Of a DNA stretch of 64,000 bases, positions 1 through 13,748 are shown piece after piece. Every line of letters starts with the position of its first letter. Position 1 is the first letter of the stretch. Below the pieces are notes generated by a model, which had not been told where the DNA came from, made no database searches, and was given only the letters and a program-made list of their open reading frames with translations. Source of the stretch: Azolla caroliniana (taxonomy: Eukaryota > Plantae > Polypodiophyta); contig JBHGNT010000010.1 in assembly GCA_043228905.1 (NCBI GenBank), positions 7,998,001 to 8,062,000 on the forward strand, written 5' to 3'. The position numbers and the translations under genes are program-made.

Positions 1-2582
1 GAATCGGACCGACCATAGACGAGTTCGCGGAGGCCTTCGCCGGATGGTCGATTTACTCGGTCGGTGATCTGTACTCGGGGTACGACCAGTTCCAGCTAGC
101 CGTGGAGAGTAGAGACATTACGACGATGCGAACTCCCCTCGGCCTAGTGCGAATGTGTACCCTGCCACAAGGAGGGACCAACTCGGTGGCCCACATGGTG
201 AATGCAATGAACAAGGTCCTGAGGGATTGCATCCCGGACATCACCATGCCATTTCTAGACGACATTCCGATCAAGGGGTGCCCGGTAGAAGAGAAGGACG
301 CAACACTCGGACCGGACGGATGCCGGCGATTCGTGGCAACACACATCGACGACTGCGAGAAGGTGCTACAAAGGCTAGAGGATGCGAGGCTCACCTTCTC
401 CGGGGAGAAATTGGCCTTCGGGCAAACAGAAATCCTGGTGGTCGGACACCTATGTGGACCATATGGCCGGAAGCCGTCTCCGGCAAAGGTAGAAGCCATC
501 TCCGCGATGAAGACCGACTGTAGCTCGGTTACGGAAGTTCAGAGGTTCCTGGGGGCATGCGCATTCTACCACATATGGATCCCGCATTACGCCCACGTTG
601 CGGAGCCGCTATACGGGTTGCTGAAGAAAAGGCGAAAATTCGAGTGGCGAGACGAGCACACGGAGTCGGTCCGGAAGCTGAAGGAAGCTCTTGCGGCAGC
701 ACCGACGCTCCGGAAGGCTGTCTACGAGAAGGGTACCCCGGTATACATAACGGTGGATACGAGTCCGACCGGGATCGGATGGGTCGTCAACCAAGAAGAC
801 GGGGACGGTATTCGGTCCCCGATCCAATTCTGCGCGAAGGTCCTCAGTGAGCGACAGCGAGGGTACGCCCAGGTTAAACGTGAACTCTGGGGTATCGTTT
901 CGGCAATAAAGGCCGACAAAGACTACCTGATCGGGATGGAAGTGATTATCGAGACGGATTGCCTGCCAATTCTCGGCATGGTTTCCGGATGCGCGACACC
1001 GGACCTGGCGATGCTCAGGTGGATAGCGTACATCAAGTCCCTGGATCCGGAAATACGGCACATTTCCGGAAAGGACAATGCCATGGCCAACATGCTTTCG
1101 AGGGCGAGGTTTGATGATGAGGGCGGCATGGTTTTGGAGGACGAAGAAGTCGGCGTGGACTTCTTCGAGGCGGCGTACGTGACGACCGATGGGACGAGCA
1201 CTCCGGCACTTAACGACTTCGACGAGAGCAAGTACGACGGCGAGTGGCTCCAGATTGGTGGATTTTTGAGGACAATGACGCCGGATGCGTCATGGACGAA
1301 GGACGAGGCCAACCGGATCCGGAAGAAAGCTTACTGATTCTTTCTCCGGGATGGATACTTATGGAAGCACCCGGAGAAGAGGAACGACGTCCCGCTCTGG
1401 GTGGTGGCGATGAAGGAAGAACAAGGGGAGCTGCTGACGGCCTACCACGACAACCCTTGGGCTGGACACCGTGGAACGTGGGCCACGTTCGAGAAGATAA
1501 AGGGGAAGTACTGGTGGCCGGGACTGTACAGGGACGTGCATCGGTTCGTGACAACTTGCGAGAGCTGTCAGATGCACTCCATAGTCCGACATCGGGACGG
1601 GCTTCACCCTACGTACCCTCCGACCATCCACTTCAAATGGATGGTAGACCTGGTGACGATGCCGATAGGAGTAGGACAGATGCGGTATCTGGTCCTGGCT
1701 CGGGAAGATCTGACGAACCAGGTGGAAGGCCGGGCCCTTCAGAACAAGACGACCGTGGCCGTATGTCGGTTCCTGATCGAGGACGTGATATGCCGGTACG
1801 GGTGCGTCGGGAAGATCGTGGCTGATCGCGGGGAGTTGGACGCCGAAGAGGCCGAGGAGCTGTTCGACCGGTTAGGAGTCAAGCTCTCGCTTACCACTAC
1901 GTACAATCCGGAGGCGAATGGAAAGGTGGAGCGCGGACACGGACCGATCGTCAAGGCGTTAGTTCGGGCATGCGGGGGTCAAGTCGGGAACTGGCCGCGG
2001 CTGCTGCCTTACGCGTTGTGGGCTGACCGAACTACGCACAGTTCGGTAACCGGATTCATGCCGACAGAGCTCATGTTTGGGCAGAAGCCGATCATGCCGA
2101 TGGAACGTACAATCTTCTCATGGGCAACCGTGAACTGGAGAGACGAGATGAGCCGGGAGGAACTATTGGCGGCGCACATACGTCAGCTCGAGCGAAGGCC
2201 GGAAGACGTGGAGCAGGCTGCGAGAAAGCTTCGGGAAGCAAGGATGAGGAACAAAGCCCGGTTCGACCGAACGCACCGGCTCCGACTGAAGAAGATCGAG
2301 GAAGGCGACTGGGTGCTAGTCTACGACAGCAGCCTCGACAACCAGCACTGAGCAACACAGAAGTTCGCAAGAAGGTGGTTCGGGCCTTACATGGTACAAA
2401 GCGCCAACGACAACGGGACGTACCATCTGGCGGAACTCGACGGCACGAGAATGGCGATACCGGTAGTTGGGAAGCGGATCAAAGCGTTCAAGAAGCGTCA
2501 CGACGACGAGCCGGATCCGGTTGACCTGGACCGCGACGACGAACGATCCGAAACCGAGGAAGAACCGACGGGCGGGGAATGA
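1..2582 (+). pseudogene. pol: A pol: RT-RNase H-integrase with premature stops at ~1335 and ~2349
   Basis: ORFs 102..1337, 1401..2351 and 2391..2582 are in one frame; HHCC (H..GH...CESC), D-D-E core (MVDLV, VADRG, NGKVER), GPY motif. Confidence 0.92.
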
Positions 2583-2640
2583 AGACTGGACCGGTTTTCT
2601 CCGTCCCAGCTCAATTGGGCGCATGCCGGTGGATGCGCGG

Positions 2641-2655
2641 TTAGGTGGGGGCGGA
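2641..2655 (+). promoter_or_regulatory. Polypurine tract of A
   Basis: TTAGGTGGGGGCGGA directly before the LTR TG; same motif in C (8427-8441) and a variant in Q. Confidence 0.85.
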
Positions 2656-3240
2656 TGTCGTGAAGAAAACCGTCCACAAGCGGAATCGGTGCACCGGAGC
2701 GTAGGAACCGGCTCTTCATGCACGATCCTCGGTAGGTAGGAAGTTAATAGGAAACGACTCCTTCCTTGCCTATAAAAGGAGGGAGATGAGGAGGGGAATA
2801 GGGATCGCGAAGTAAGAGAGGACGAAGTGCTGTCGGATTGTGGGCCGAAGGCTTCTCTCTCTTCCAAACTCCATAGCTTCTTTCTGTGCAGGTTTCGGGA
2901 GGCTCGCGCTGCTCTGAGGAAAGCCCGAGTGCTTCCGGCAGCACCTCCCACCTACTCCTTTCTTTCTGTGCGTTTACGAACAGGCATCGGCATCTGTTCG
3001 CTGGCATGTTCGGTTGTAACCGACTTCGTGTTCTTGTTGTTTGTCTTTGTTAATACATACATACATTTGTGTCTCTCTGTGTCGGTGTCCCACTCGCGTC
3101 TTTGTGTCGAAGGGCCGTGTCCCTATGGATCTATGCTCGCACCTAGTGGGTCTCTTCCCTTCTCCTTTCTCTCTTGCTCTTCGGTACAAGACCCCCGAGG
3201 TCCCGCCTCATTCCACGCATCTGCGAGGAATACCTCGACA
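2656..3240 (+). repeat. 3' LTR of A
   Basis: TGTCG...CGACA termini, TATAAAAGG at ~2771, homologous to the C LTRs. Confidence 0.9.
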
Positions 3241-6200
3241 GCGGGTGAAGCAAAGTCTGCGTACCGACATAGGAAATATCCACACCGACCAAAGCTATAA
3301 CGCCACTGTACGCGAAGGAAATTAATATGCTGGAAGGACTGGATGATACAGAGTAGAAGCGTACCTCAACGAAAACCTACGAATAATACCACTATTCGAA
3401 ATCGACGTTCTCAAGGTTGCTAATGAGTACGCCCCAACAAGTACGCTCCAAGAAGAGGAGTACGAACCCGATCCCGAGTCTATGTTGGAGCTAAGCAAAG
3501 CATGAGAAGCGTTCGAGAAAGAAATGGAAATCTCGCAAAGGGTTACCGTGTCAGCATTGGAGGAGATTAATGTCGGAACCACGGAGGTCCCACGACTATT
3601 GTCAATCGCTAAGGACTTGAGGCCAACGGAGAAAACGGCCATGATGGAGCTGCTTCGAGATTTGAAGGATGGTTTTGCATGGTCACATGAGGACATGAAA
3701 GGCTTGGGCTCAAAATTCTATCAACACAAGATTAACTTGGCCACGAATGCGAAATCGGTGCAGCTGTGACGCTATCGCATGAACCCAAATTACGCGGCCC
3801 ACGTAAAGGAAGAAATTGACAAGCTCTTGAAAGCAAGGTTCATCCTACCAGTCAATATAGACCACATGGTTGAGTCTGATAGTCGTGGTACCAAAGAAAA
3901 ATGGGGAAATACGCGTGTGTGTTGATTACCGGAAACTAAACGTCGTTACGATTACAGACGTGTTTCCCTTATCGTTTACAGATAGCGTACTAGATGTGGT
4001 CGCGGGCCATGTCATGTATAATTTCTTGGATGGCTTTAGCGGATACAATCAAGTACACATACACCCAAATGATCAAGAGAAGACTGCGTTCGTCACGGAC
4101 TGGGGAGTGTTCGTCGCTGTAGTAATGATGTTCGGGCTGAAGACGCCCCCCGCCACCTTCCAACGGATGATTACGGAGATTTTTGGTGAATATATACCTC
4201 CTTTTATGCAAGTTTTCCTTGACGAATTCGTGGTGTATGGGACGCGAGGAAAACATTTGGGCCATTTATGACTTTGTTTTGGAACGATGTTGTACCTCAT
4301 GCCTCAGCCTTAATCCGGCTAAATGCGCATTTGGGGTCACCACTGGAGCACTTCTCAGTCACATAGTAAGGAGGGGATAGCGGTAGATCCCAACAAAATT
4401 CGGGCGATCATTGAAGCAAAAACTCCCAGTAACGCAAAAGCCCTTAGTCACTTCCTCGGGCAAATTTCGCGACTCCCCTGCACGCCGCATTACATTATAC
4501 TCTGTTCAAATGGACGGCAATAGAAGACAAGGTATACGAGGTTCTTAAAATAATGTTGACCCAAGCGCCCATCGTACAACCCCAAGATTGGACTCGATCA
4601 TTCCATGTGTTTGTGGATGCCTCGGAAATTGCAATCGGTAGCGCGCTAATGCAGCTTACCGAGCCCAATTGGTACCGATCGGTCTACTACTCCAGTCGTA
4701 AATTATCAAATGCAGAACATAATTATTCAACGACTGAGTGTGAAGCCCTGGGGATGATCTACAACATAAACAAATTCCGACATTACTTACTAGGGCGGAA
4801 ATTCACGTTTCATGTGGACCACACGACGCCACTCTAGTTAGTCGAGAAGCAAGCATTAACGGGGAAATTGGCCAGATGGATGCTATTACTCCAGGAATTT
4901 GATTTCACGATCCAACGTCGGCCAGGCATGCAGTACACCGTAGCCGATTTTCTAAGTAGAATTAGATAACGGCGACGACACAATCAAACAAGGTGATGAT
5001 TTCCCCGACGCGGATATTCTCCGGGTTGCGACTACAACATCACTAGACGAGAAATTTTTTCCAGATCGATGGCTGATGGAGATGACCTATTTCTTGACAA
5101 CGGGACTGCCACCACCACAGCTACGGATGGATGAAAAGAAAAGACTGGTAGTACGGAGTCGCAATTTCTGCTTACTGGAGGGAGTGCTATATCATAAAGG
5201 AAGTGATGGTATATGGAGGCACGGTATACAGTAGGATGAGAAGGAGGCAGTGTTATGCGAAGCTCACTACGGAACGGCAAGAGGCCATTATGCAAGCAAC
5301 ATTACGGCCCGAAAAGTATGGCAAGTAGGCCTTTGGTGGCCAACTACACAAAAGACGCGTATAAATATTGTAAAGAGTGCGACCTCTACCAATGCTTGGG
5401 CCAACCTATGGAGCTCGCATGAATGCCTCACTAGTCGGTGCTTCCGCTTGACCCTTTCCAAAAATGGGGTCTCGATTTTGTCGGCCCCTTTACTCCGGCA
5501 GCAGCATGAATAGGTAATAAATATATTCTAGTCTCCACAGATTATTGCACAAAGTGGGTAGAAGCGAAAGTGTTACGAGATAATACCGCGGCATCTACGA
5601 CGAAGATCTTCTATGAACAGATTTGGTGCCGTTTTGGCTTCCCAATAGAACTCATAAGTGATCAAAGGAGCCATTTTTTAAATACGGTTATCCACAAGCT
5701 CACAAAACATTATGCCGTAGTACATAAGAAGAGTACGCCGTATTACCCTTAGCCGAATGGATTAACGGAATCAACGAACAAGAAGTTGCAGACCATCATG
5801 AAAAAGATCGTTAATGAGAATAGAATGGATTGGGATACAAAGTTGCATAGTGCCTTGTGGGCTTACAGAATGAGCTATAAAACCAACATACAATCCACTC
5901 TCTTCCGACTAGTGTTCGGGCTGGAAGCCGTAATGCCCATTGAATTTCAGGTCCCCAGCTTGCGGATTCAAGTACGCGAAAGATTGTCGGAAGGACGGTC
6001 TGAGCAAATCCGATTGCAACAATTACTTGAATTAGGCGAAACTCGAGTCTGCAGTATGGCAATACTAGAACATGAGCAGCGAAGGCGTAAAGCATTCGTA
6101 GATCGGCGTCGAGGCACGAGTGACAAACACTTCAAAATTGGGAAAGTCGTGCTAGTCTTCCAAACCCGCATGGGCCAAATGCTGGGGAAACTACGATTCT

Positions 6201-6384
6201 GTTGACAAGGATATATTGGATAATAGGAGTGGAAAACGAAACCTTTCAATTAGGCGCCCTTGCAGGCGGAATACTACGGCAAAAGGTGAATGGGTTCTGC
6301 TTGAAGCCGTATTTGGGACCTACACCCCCGAATCTATTTTACGCCATAAATGTTATTGTAGCTGGGTTCCGCACCAACCAGTAG
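3241..6384 (+). pseudogene. pol: B pol (PR-RT linker, RT, RNase H, integrase), many stops and frameshifts
   Basis: ORF fragments 3524..3769, 3870..4271, 4553..4837, 5250..5513, 5570..5752 and 5786..6205 are collinear with E pol. Confidence 0.9.
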
Positions 6385-7802
6385 CTGGGGCCCACTTGTA
6401 AGAATGTAACAGTAATATTGTACTTTACCGTTAGAAAAAAAAAGGAAAAAAAAGAAAAAAGAGAAGATATTGCACGGTCTGCGACACTCGTGTGCCCTAA
6501 CCACTAATCACTCCTCACACGATCCTTGCCACGCTAGTATGCTGATACCTATCCCCTCAGCACTGCATCAATGGCTTCTGGAAAAGGGATTTGAAGGTTA
6601 CATCAAGGTACCAGAGGCGCCACCGCACCCCGATGCTCGAGAAAGCGCTAAAAAGCTGAATGTCGACACAGTTACAAACGCCAACATAAAAAAGAAGTTG
6701 GGTTTGATGGTGATAGAGAGAAAAACACTTCGAGATTCCCCCTATAGAGGACTTGGAGAAATATTTCGGAGAGTACTCAACCTCTACCAAGGCGTACAGG
6801 ACGAAGGATATCCCAAATTCTTTTTTCCGGGATGTAGCGAAGTTCCTGTTAGAAGTCAGATGTGTCCACATCAATGCCTACGGGATGCCAAAGCAGAAGG
6901 CAAGCATCATCATCGACACATTCGAGGGACGCGTTGTGGATTGGGGGGTAATCACGAGACCGACGCTACGAGAGGGCCGACACGCATTTCAAGTCGGGCA
7001 GAAGCTGCACCCAATAATACAACAATACTTAACTGTACTGTTCCCACCTCGAGGTCTCCTCGCCCCAGACACGAGCAGACCTATGCCTCCACCACGGTCT
7101 GCAAAATGGCGATTGGCGGATCTCGCAACGATGGAATGGGAGGAAGAGCCGAACCTTTCCACCATTGAAGAAACACCGCGACAAGCAGCGCTGCAGGACA
7201 ATCGCGCTGATTCCGGGGAAACGCAAAACACAACCGGACAGAAGGAACAAGAGCCGAATCACGGTAGTCCCAGGCCTAAGTGCCGAAGGCTAGATCGGAA
7301 GGATGATCGCGGACTGGTAAAGGATACAACCACACCGATCGAAAATTCTACCCCCACAGAACCCACGACCACATTAGAACTGATCCGTGAGCCGCATCCA
7401 ATCATAATGGCACAATCGTAACGTGGAAAAGGCGTGCTTATGGTAGAAAGTGAAGTGTTACACTATCCGGGCATTTCGGATATGGCCCATGAGTTCGACG
7501 CGTTGTTACAATTCGAGACGATATATGAACTCATGGAATTCCTAGCAACACAGCAGATCAAGGTGTCCTAGCGAATGGCCGAGGAGCACGCCGAACAACA
7601 GATGATTGAGCGTGCACTAACACAGATGGCGGAGAGCAAAGATGAGGGTCCACTAGCGAAAGTGGGCCGGAAACGTAATGTAGGGTCCGGCGGGTTGGAA
7701 TTGAATTGCCTCCCTTGAATGCTACCTTAGTGGAGGTTCATTGGGAGTTAGTAAAAGTGAGGACCTAACACAGGACTATCACGTGTTAGCCGACTGACAC
7801 AT

Positions 7803-8426
7803 TGTCGCGTTACTACGCGCGTGCGTGGAGAAACGAGGCGGGACCACCGGGGTCTTGAACCGAAGAGCAGGTGATAGAAGGGGAAAGAGAAAGAGAGAGA
7901 CGCCCGGTTACGTATGAGCAAAGAAACACAGAGACACGACCTGTCAACGCGGAAGACACGAATGGACACAGAGACAGAGAGACACGAATGTTTGTATATT
8001 AACGAATGACACATAAACAACAGAGCACGCGAGCGGTTAGAACCGAACAGGCCGGCGAACAGATGCCGATGCCTGCTCGTCTGCGCACGAAAGGGGATAG
8101 GATGGAGGTGCTGCCGGAAGCACACGGGCGTTCCTCGAAGCAGCGCGAGCCTCCCAAAAACTTGCAGAGAAGAGCGATGGAGAACGAACAGAGGAGAAGC
8201 GTTCGCAAAAAAAAATGCCCCTTTTCCCCCCCCGTCTCCCTCTCTTTTATAGCTTCAAGAAGGGAGCCGTTTCCCTCATTAACTTCCTACCTACCGAATC
8301 TAACTACCTAGGATATACCTTTGTACCTAATCCTCTATTATATACATTAAAGGGCGCACACGCGTGAAGAGCCGGTTCACGCGCGCTATGCACCGATTAC
8401 GCTAAGGGACGGTTTTCTTCACGACA
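7803..8426 (-). repeat. 3' LTR of C
   Basis: Direct repeat of 13749-14400; TGTCG/CGACA ends; PPT at 8427-8441. Confidence 0.95.
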
Positions 8427-8521
8427 TCCGCCCCCACCTAACCGCGCATCCACCGGTATGTGCCAAAATTGGGTTCTGGTTGGAGAAAACCGGTCCGGGT
8501 TCCGGTTCCTCGTCCATCGGT

Positions 8522-11346
8522 TCATCCTCCGTTTCGGACTATTCGTCGTCGCTGTCTAGGCCTCTTAGATCCGGTTCGCCGATGTGGCGATTCTTGAACG
8601 CTTTTATCCGCTTCCCTGCTACCGGTATCGCCATCCTCGTACCGTCGAGTTCCGCCAGGTGATACGTCTCGTTGTCGTTGGTGCTCGTTACCACGTAAGG
8701 CCCGAACCACCGCTTTGCAAACTTCCGTGTTGCTCGGTGCTGGTTGTCGAGGCTGTTGTTGTAGACTAGCACCCAGTCGCCTTCCTCGATTTTCTTTGGT
8801 CGGAGCTGGTGCGTTCGGTCGAACCGGGCTTTGTTCCTCATCCTCGCCGTCCGAAGTCTCTCCGCCGCTCGTTGCACGTCCTCTGGCGTCCGCTCGAGCT
8901 GCCGTATACGCGCCGCTAGCAGTTCTTCCCGGCTCATCTCGTCTCTCCAGTCCACTGTCGCCCAAGAGGAGATCGTTCTTTCCATCGACATGATCGGCTT
9001 CTGTTCGCATCTGCCCTACGCCCATCGGCATCGTCACCAAATCTACCATCCATTTGAAGTGGATGGCCGGAGGGTATGTAGGGTGAAGCCCGTCCCGATG
9101 TCGGACTATGGAGTGTATTTGACAACTCTCACAAGTTGTCACGAACCGATGCACGTCCCGGTATAGTCCCGGTCACCATCACTTCCCCTTTAGTTTCTCG
9201 AACGTGGTCCACGTCCCACGGTGTCCAGCCTAGGGGCTGTCATGGTAGGCCTTCAGCAACTCCTCCTGTTCCTCCTGCATCGCCACTACTCGGAGCGGGA
9301 TGCCGTTTCTCTTCTTCGGGTGCTTCCACAAGTATCCGTCCCGGAGAAAGAATCGGTATGCTTTCTTCCGGATCCGGTTGGCCTCATTCTTTGTCCATGA
9401 CGCGTCCGGCGTCATCGTCCTCAAGAATCCCCCAATCTGCAGCCACTCCCCGTCGTACTTGCTCTCGTTGAAATCGTTAAGCACCGGAGTGCTCCTCCGC
9501 TCGGTTGTTATGTAAGCCGCCTCGAAGAAGTCCACGCCGACTTCCTCGTCCTCCGAAACCATGCCGCCCTCGTCGTCAAATCGCGCCCTCGAAAGCATGT
9601 CGGCCATGGCATTGTCTTTCCCGGAAATGTGTCGTATTTCCGGATCCAGGGACTTCATGTACGCTATCCACCCGAGCAATTCCAGGTCTGGGGTTGCGCA
9701 TCCGGAAACCATGCCGAGAATCGGCAGGCAGTCCGTCTCGATAATCACCTTTGTCCCGATCAGATAGTCTTTATCGGCCTTCACCGCCGAAACTTGGGCG
9801 TATCCTCGTTGTCGCTCGCTGAGGACCTTCGCGCCGAATCGAATTGGGAACCGAATGCCGTCCTCATCTTCTTGGTTGACGACCCATCCGATCCCGGTCA
9901 GACTTGTATCTACCGTTATGTAGATGGGAGTGCCTTTCTCGTAGACAGCCTTCCGGAGTGCCGGAGCTGCAGCAAGAGCCTCCTTCATCTTTCGGACCGA
10001 CTCCGTATGCTCGTCTCGCCACTCGAATTTTCGCCCCTTTTTTAGCAACCCGTATAGAGGCTCGGCAACGTGGGCGTAATGCGGGATCCATATGTGGTAG
10101 AACACGCATGCTCCCAAGAACCTCCGTACCTCCGTGACCGAGTTACAGTCGGGCTTCATTGCGGAGATGGCTTCCACCTTAGCTGGAGACGGTTTCCGGC
10201 CATACGGTCCGCATAGATGTCCAACGACCATGATCTCTGATTGCTCGAAGGCCGATTTCTCCCCGGAGAAGGTGAGCCTCGCGTCCTCTAGCCTCTGCAG
10301 CACCCTCTCGCAGTCGTCAATGTGTGTCGCCACGAATTTCCGGCATCCGTCCGGTCCGATCATTTCGTCCTTTTCCTCCACCGGACATCCCTTGATCGGG
10401 ATGTCGTCCAAGAATGGCATGGTGATGTCCAGGATACAATCCTCAGCACCTTGTTCATCGCATTCACCATGTGGGCCACCGAGTTCATCCCTCCTTGTGG
10501 CAGGGTACACATCCGGACTAGGCTGAGAGGAGTCCGCATCGTCGTAATGTCTCTGCTCTCTACGGCTAGTTGGAACAGATCGTACCCCGAGTACAGATCA
10601 CCGACCGAGTAGATCGACCTTCCAGTGAAGGCCTCCGCGAACTCGTCTATCGTTGGTCCGATTCCTGCGTTCCGAATGGTCACTCTGTTGACCGGTTGCA
10701 GGTCTTGAATGAAGCACAACGTCCTGTTCTTCTTCGGTACGGTAAACCACCGGTTTGAGTACGGGGCACTCGACGGTTCGAGGATGCCCATATCGACTTT
10801 CTGCCTCAACAGCTCCATCAGCTCCGGGATGTGAGCTCTCGGTACCGGAATTGGTTTGAGATTCCACGGCACATGCGGTACCGTGAATATCACCATCGGC
10901 TTCACGACTGTCGGGTCTACGCACCCGATCTCTTCCGGTGAGAATGCGAAGGCTTTCCCGTGCCTTCCGAGCATTCTCCGAAACCGGTCTTCTTCCGCCG
11001 GCAGTAGGAACCCGCCCCCACCGATTTTGAGCTCCCGTAGCGTTCTGTCGGTGAAGGTGTGTCCTATGCAGGCCGGATCTCGTAAACTGGGGTCCGACGC
11101 GACCCCCTTGATTCGCAACTCGCTGCCCTCTGGTAAGGGTGCCGCGACTGGCCTTACCTTCCGGTCCATAGTCTTGTACTTCGTGTTAACCCAGGCCGTC
11201 CCATCCGACTCGAGCCCCCGACTGAAGTCCGCGATGACTTCGTACATCTCTTCTAAATAAACCGGTATTGTCTGGTCCTCTTTAAGGCCCTCTCCGACCA
11301 CCTCCCGCAATATTCCCAAGGTATCGTCGAAGGAGACTGCCTCCAC
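8522..11346 (-). pseudogene. pol: C RT-RNase H-integrase (frameshifted; ~400 bp of integrase core deleted at ~9007)
   Basis: ORFs 10360..11346, 9230..10510, 8522..9154 and 8539..8991 align to A pol. Confidence 0.92.
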
Positions 11347-11577
11347 AGCTCCGTTGATTTCCTCGCTGGGCCCGAGAACTCCGCACGCCCGAAGTCGCTC
11401 TTCCGCCCTTGTCTTTTCTCGGCCAACGACGCCAACTATCGTACACCCTCTGTTGTCGGGAGAAACAAAACTTCCTACTTATGGTACAAGGTTTCTTCGG
11501 TTTCGCCTCTATCGTACATTTGTGGGGTTTTCCCGGAGTGTCCGGACTATCGCGGCCCCACGCCTTGACAGCCCTCT

Positions 11578-13731
11578 CTAAAAATCCTCTCGGTTCTCGC
11601 CACCGAGGGACTCGTGGTTTCGCTCGTGGTTCGGTCGCACCGTCAGGAACAGGACCGAATGACGCCCATCTTTACTCTTGACCCTCGTGTAAGCCGACTT
11701 GTTGTCCAACACCTTGGTCTCCATCCGTGCTGTCGTAATGTACGGTTCTCCCAGTATGACCGGGTGTGAGGACGTCTCCTGCACAAAGAAGTGCTGGTCT
11801 ATCTCGACGTCGTCGATCTTGACTCGCACGTTTGGGTAGGCCCCGTGTAGTTCCTCGGTGGCGCGCGTCGCCGCCCGTATCTTCCACCCGTGCTTGGTGT
11901 TGATCGGCCATTTCCCCTTCTTGTAGAAGTCCATGGACATCAGGTTTATTTCCGAACCATGGTCCACCAGCGCCACCACTGGTTCCTGAACATCTCCGAT
12001 CTTCACCGGGGTTTCCGTGGTCGCTCGGGCCCAGTGTGGCCTCGAATAGTGGCTCTCCGCCCACTCATCTTCCAACGCCATGTCCTCTATGTGCGTCGTC
12101 CGCAACTCCATCGGCCTTTCCAGTTCTGTCTCCGTCGACAGCCTCTTCCTCTTCACCAAGTCTACGATGGAGTCGTGGAACTCCTTCTTGGCGATTCCGA
12201 GCACCTCCCGCAAAGAAAGTTCCACCTTGTTGTCGAGGATTCGTTCTTCCAGGACCTTTCGTAGGTCCGTGGTCCTTTCGATCTCCGTGCCCAACCGGTA
12301 TCCGCCCTTCTTGTGGTTATCCCGGGCACTGGTCTCACTGGCCTCGTTCTGTTTCGGCCCGAATCGGGTTTCGTATCTCTGTGAGGGTCCGGCCCCTCCG
12401 GTTTTACCTACCCGTTTGTCTTCAACCAGAGCCTCGTAGTTCTGGCAAGTTGCTTCGACGAAACCCGTCTTTTCTTCGACCGGGTCACTCCACCCGGTTA
12501 CCTCCTGGACCCGCTTCTCCGCGCGGTCCGCCTCGTCTTTCCTTAGTCGGGCACCGGCGAGGCCTTCCAGCATCGTCGGCCAGAACCCGGCTTTGCTCTC
12601 CTTCCGGGCCTCGCTGCCTCCGAACCGAATACCGGCCGACGCCGAGTAGTGGATGGTCTCCGCGTGCTGGGTTGCCGCCTCTTCCATCAGCCTTTTCATT
12701 CCTCCTCGCCCGTCGTTTCAGTTCAGGGCCCTCCGGGTATCGTTGGCGTGCACCCGACCTTCCCACAGGTACACTACCCGGCTTCTCAAAGCCTCCGCAA
12801 AGTCCCCGCAGTCTTTCCGGATGTGGCCGACCTCGTCGCACCACATGCACCTATTTCCTACCGGAGGCCGTCGGTCACGAGCCTGTTCGTCGCCTTCCCT
12901 TCGAGCCTGGGCGATCTGGAGATCCTTTACCGCCCGTGTCAACTCCTCCAAAGCTGTTCCCCCGGACGAGCCTCTGACCACGCCGGTCGAAGCCGAACCG
13001 GTTTCGAGCTACTCCCGGGTCTCTTCCCTTCGCGCTTGTGGTATCGGTTCGAGCTTCCTTGCTGCGACAGGACCCGCCCCGGTCGCCCCTGTATCAGCCC
13101 ACTCCCACCGTTTGTCAAAACGGCCGCAGACTCTTTTTACCGCGGCCCAGTTGGCCGTCAACCCGTCTTCGGTTTCCAGTAAGGAGCCCACTTGCTCCCG
13201 ATCCCGTGCGTCAACCGATTTGACAAACAGTAGGACACGACTTGTGTCCAGAACGGTCCGATCGAGTGCCGAAAGGTGCACGAAGCGTTCCTCAAACTCC
13301 CGGAGGAGTACCGACGCATTCCTTCCTTTGTTGGGGGACTCCACCCACTCCATGAAGCCCCGCTTCGAAAGCCGAAGCACGTCATCCAGCCCGTATTTCT
13401 CCAGGAGCCATACTTCGAACTCCTCCCAGGTCCGGCTCTCCGCCCGGACCTCGAGCACCTCCGCATGGATGCCCGGTATCGCCACTCGAGGGAATCCGGC
13501 AAGATGCCTCTCTTCCGGAATATCCCTCATCAACATTTCCGCCCGGTAGGATGCCAAATAACTCGTGGCATCCTTTCCACTGAACCGGCCGATCGTACCG
13601 ATGATCGCCTCAATAGCCCTGTCAAGGGCGCCAGTGCCCTCGCGCGCGCTCACTATCCGGTCCACGGCCGAAGCCATGGCCTCTGCAAGATCCGACCCCT
13701 CATCTTCTGCTCCTCTGCCGCCTTGTTTCAC
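11578..13731 (-). pseudogene. gag: C gag-protease (zinc knuckle, DUF4100-like region, aspartic protease)
   Basis: CMWCDEVGHIRKDC knuckle; TTDLRKVLEERILD..LREVLGIAKKEFH segment; ALVDHGSEIN and ILGEPY protease motifs. Confidence 0.88.
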
Positions 13732-13744
13732 GTCGGGTTCACCA
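13727..13744 (-). promoter_or_regulatory. PBS of C, complementary to tRNA-Trp
   Basis: TGGTGAACCCGACGTGAA 4 nt from the LTR; matches the recalled plant tRNA-Trp 3' end ...TTCACGTCGGGTTCACCA. Confidence 0.85.
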
Positions 13745-13748
13745 AAGA

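Larger units (their letters stand above)
1..3240 (+). mobile_element. Element A: Ty3/gypsy LTR retrotransposon (DUF4100/Phygy-like family), 3' part; 5' end outside the window; inserted into pol of element B
   Basis: RT (LPQG...FLDD), RNase H and integrase in gypsy order, then PPT and an LTR bounded by TGTCG...CGACA; closely similar to element C. Confidence 0.93.

Noticed and set aside
13727-13744. tRNA-like sequence as a tRNA gene
   Set aside because: Only the 3' 18 nt are present, next to an LTR: a PBS
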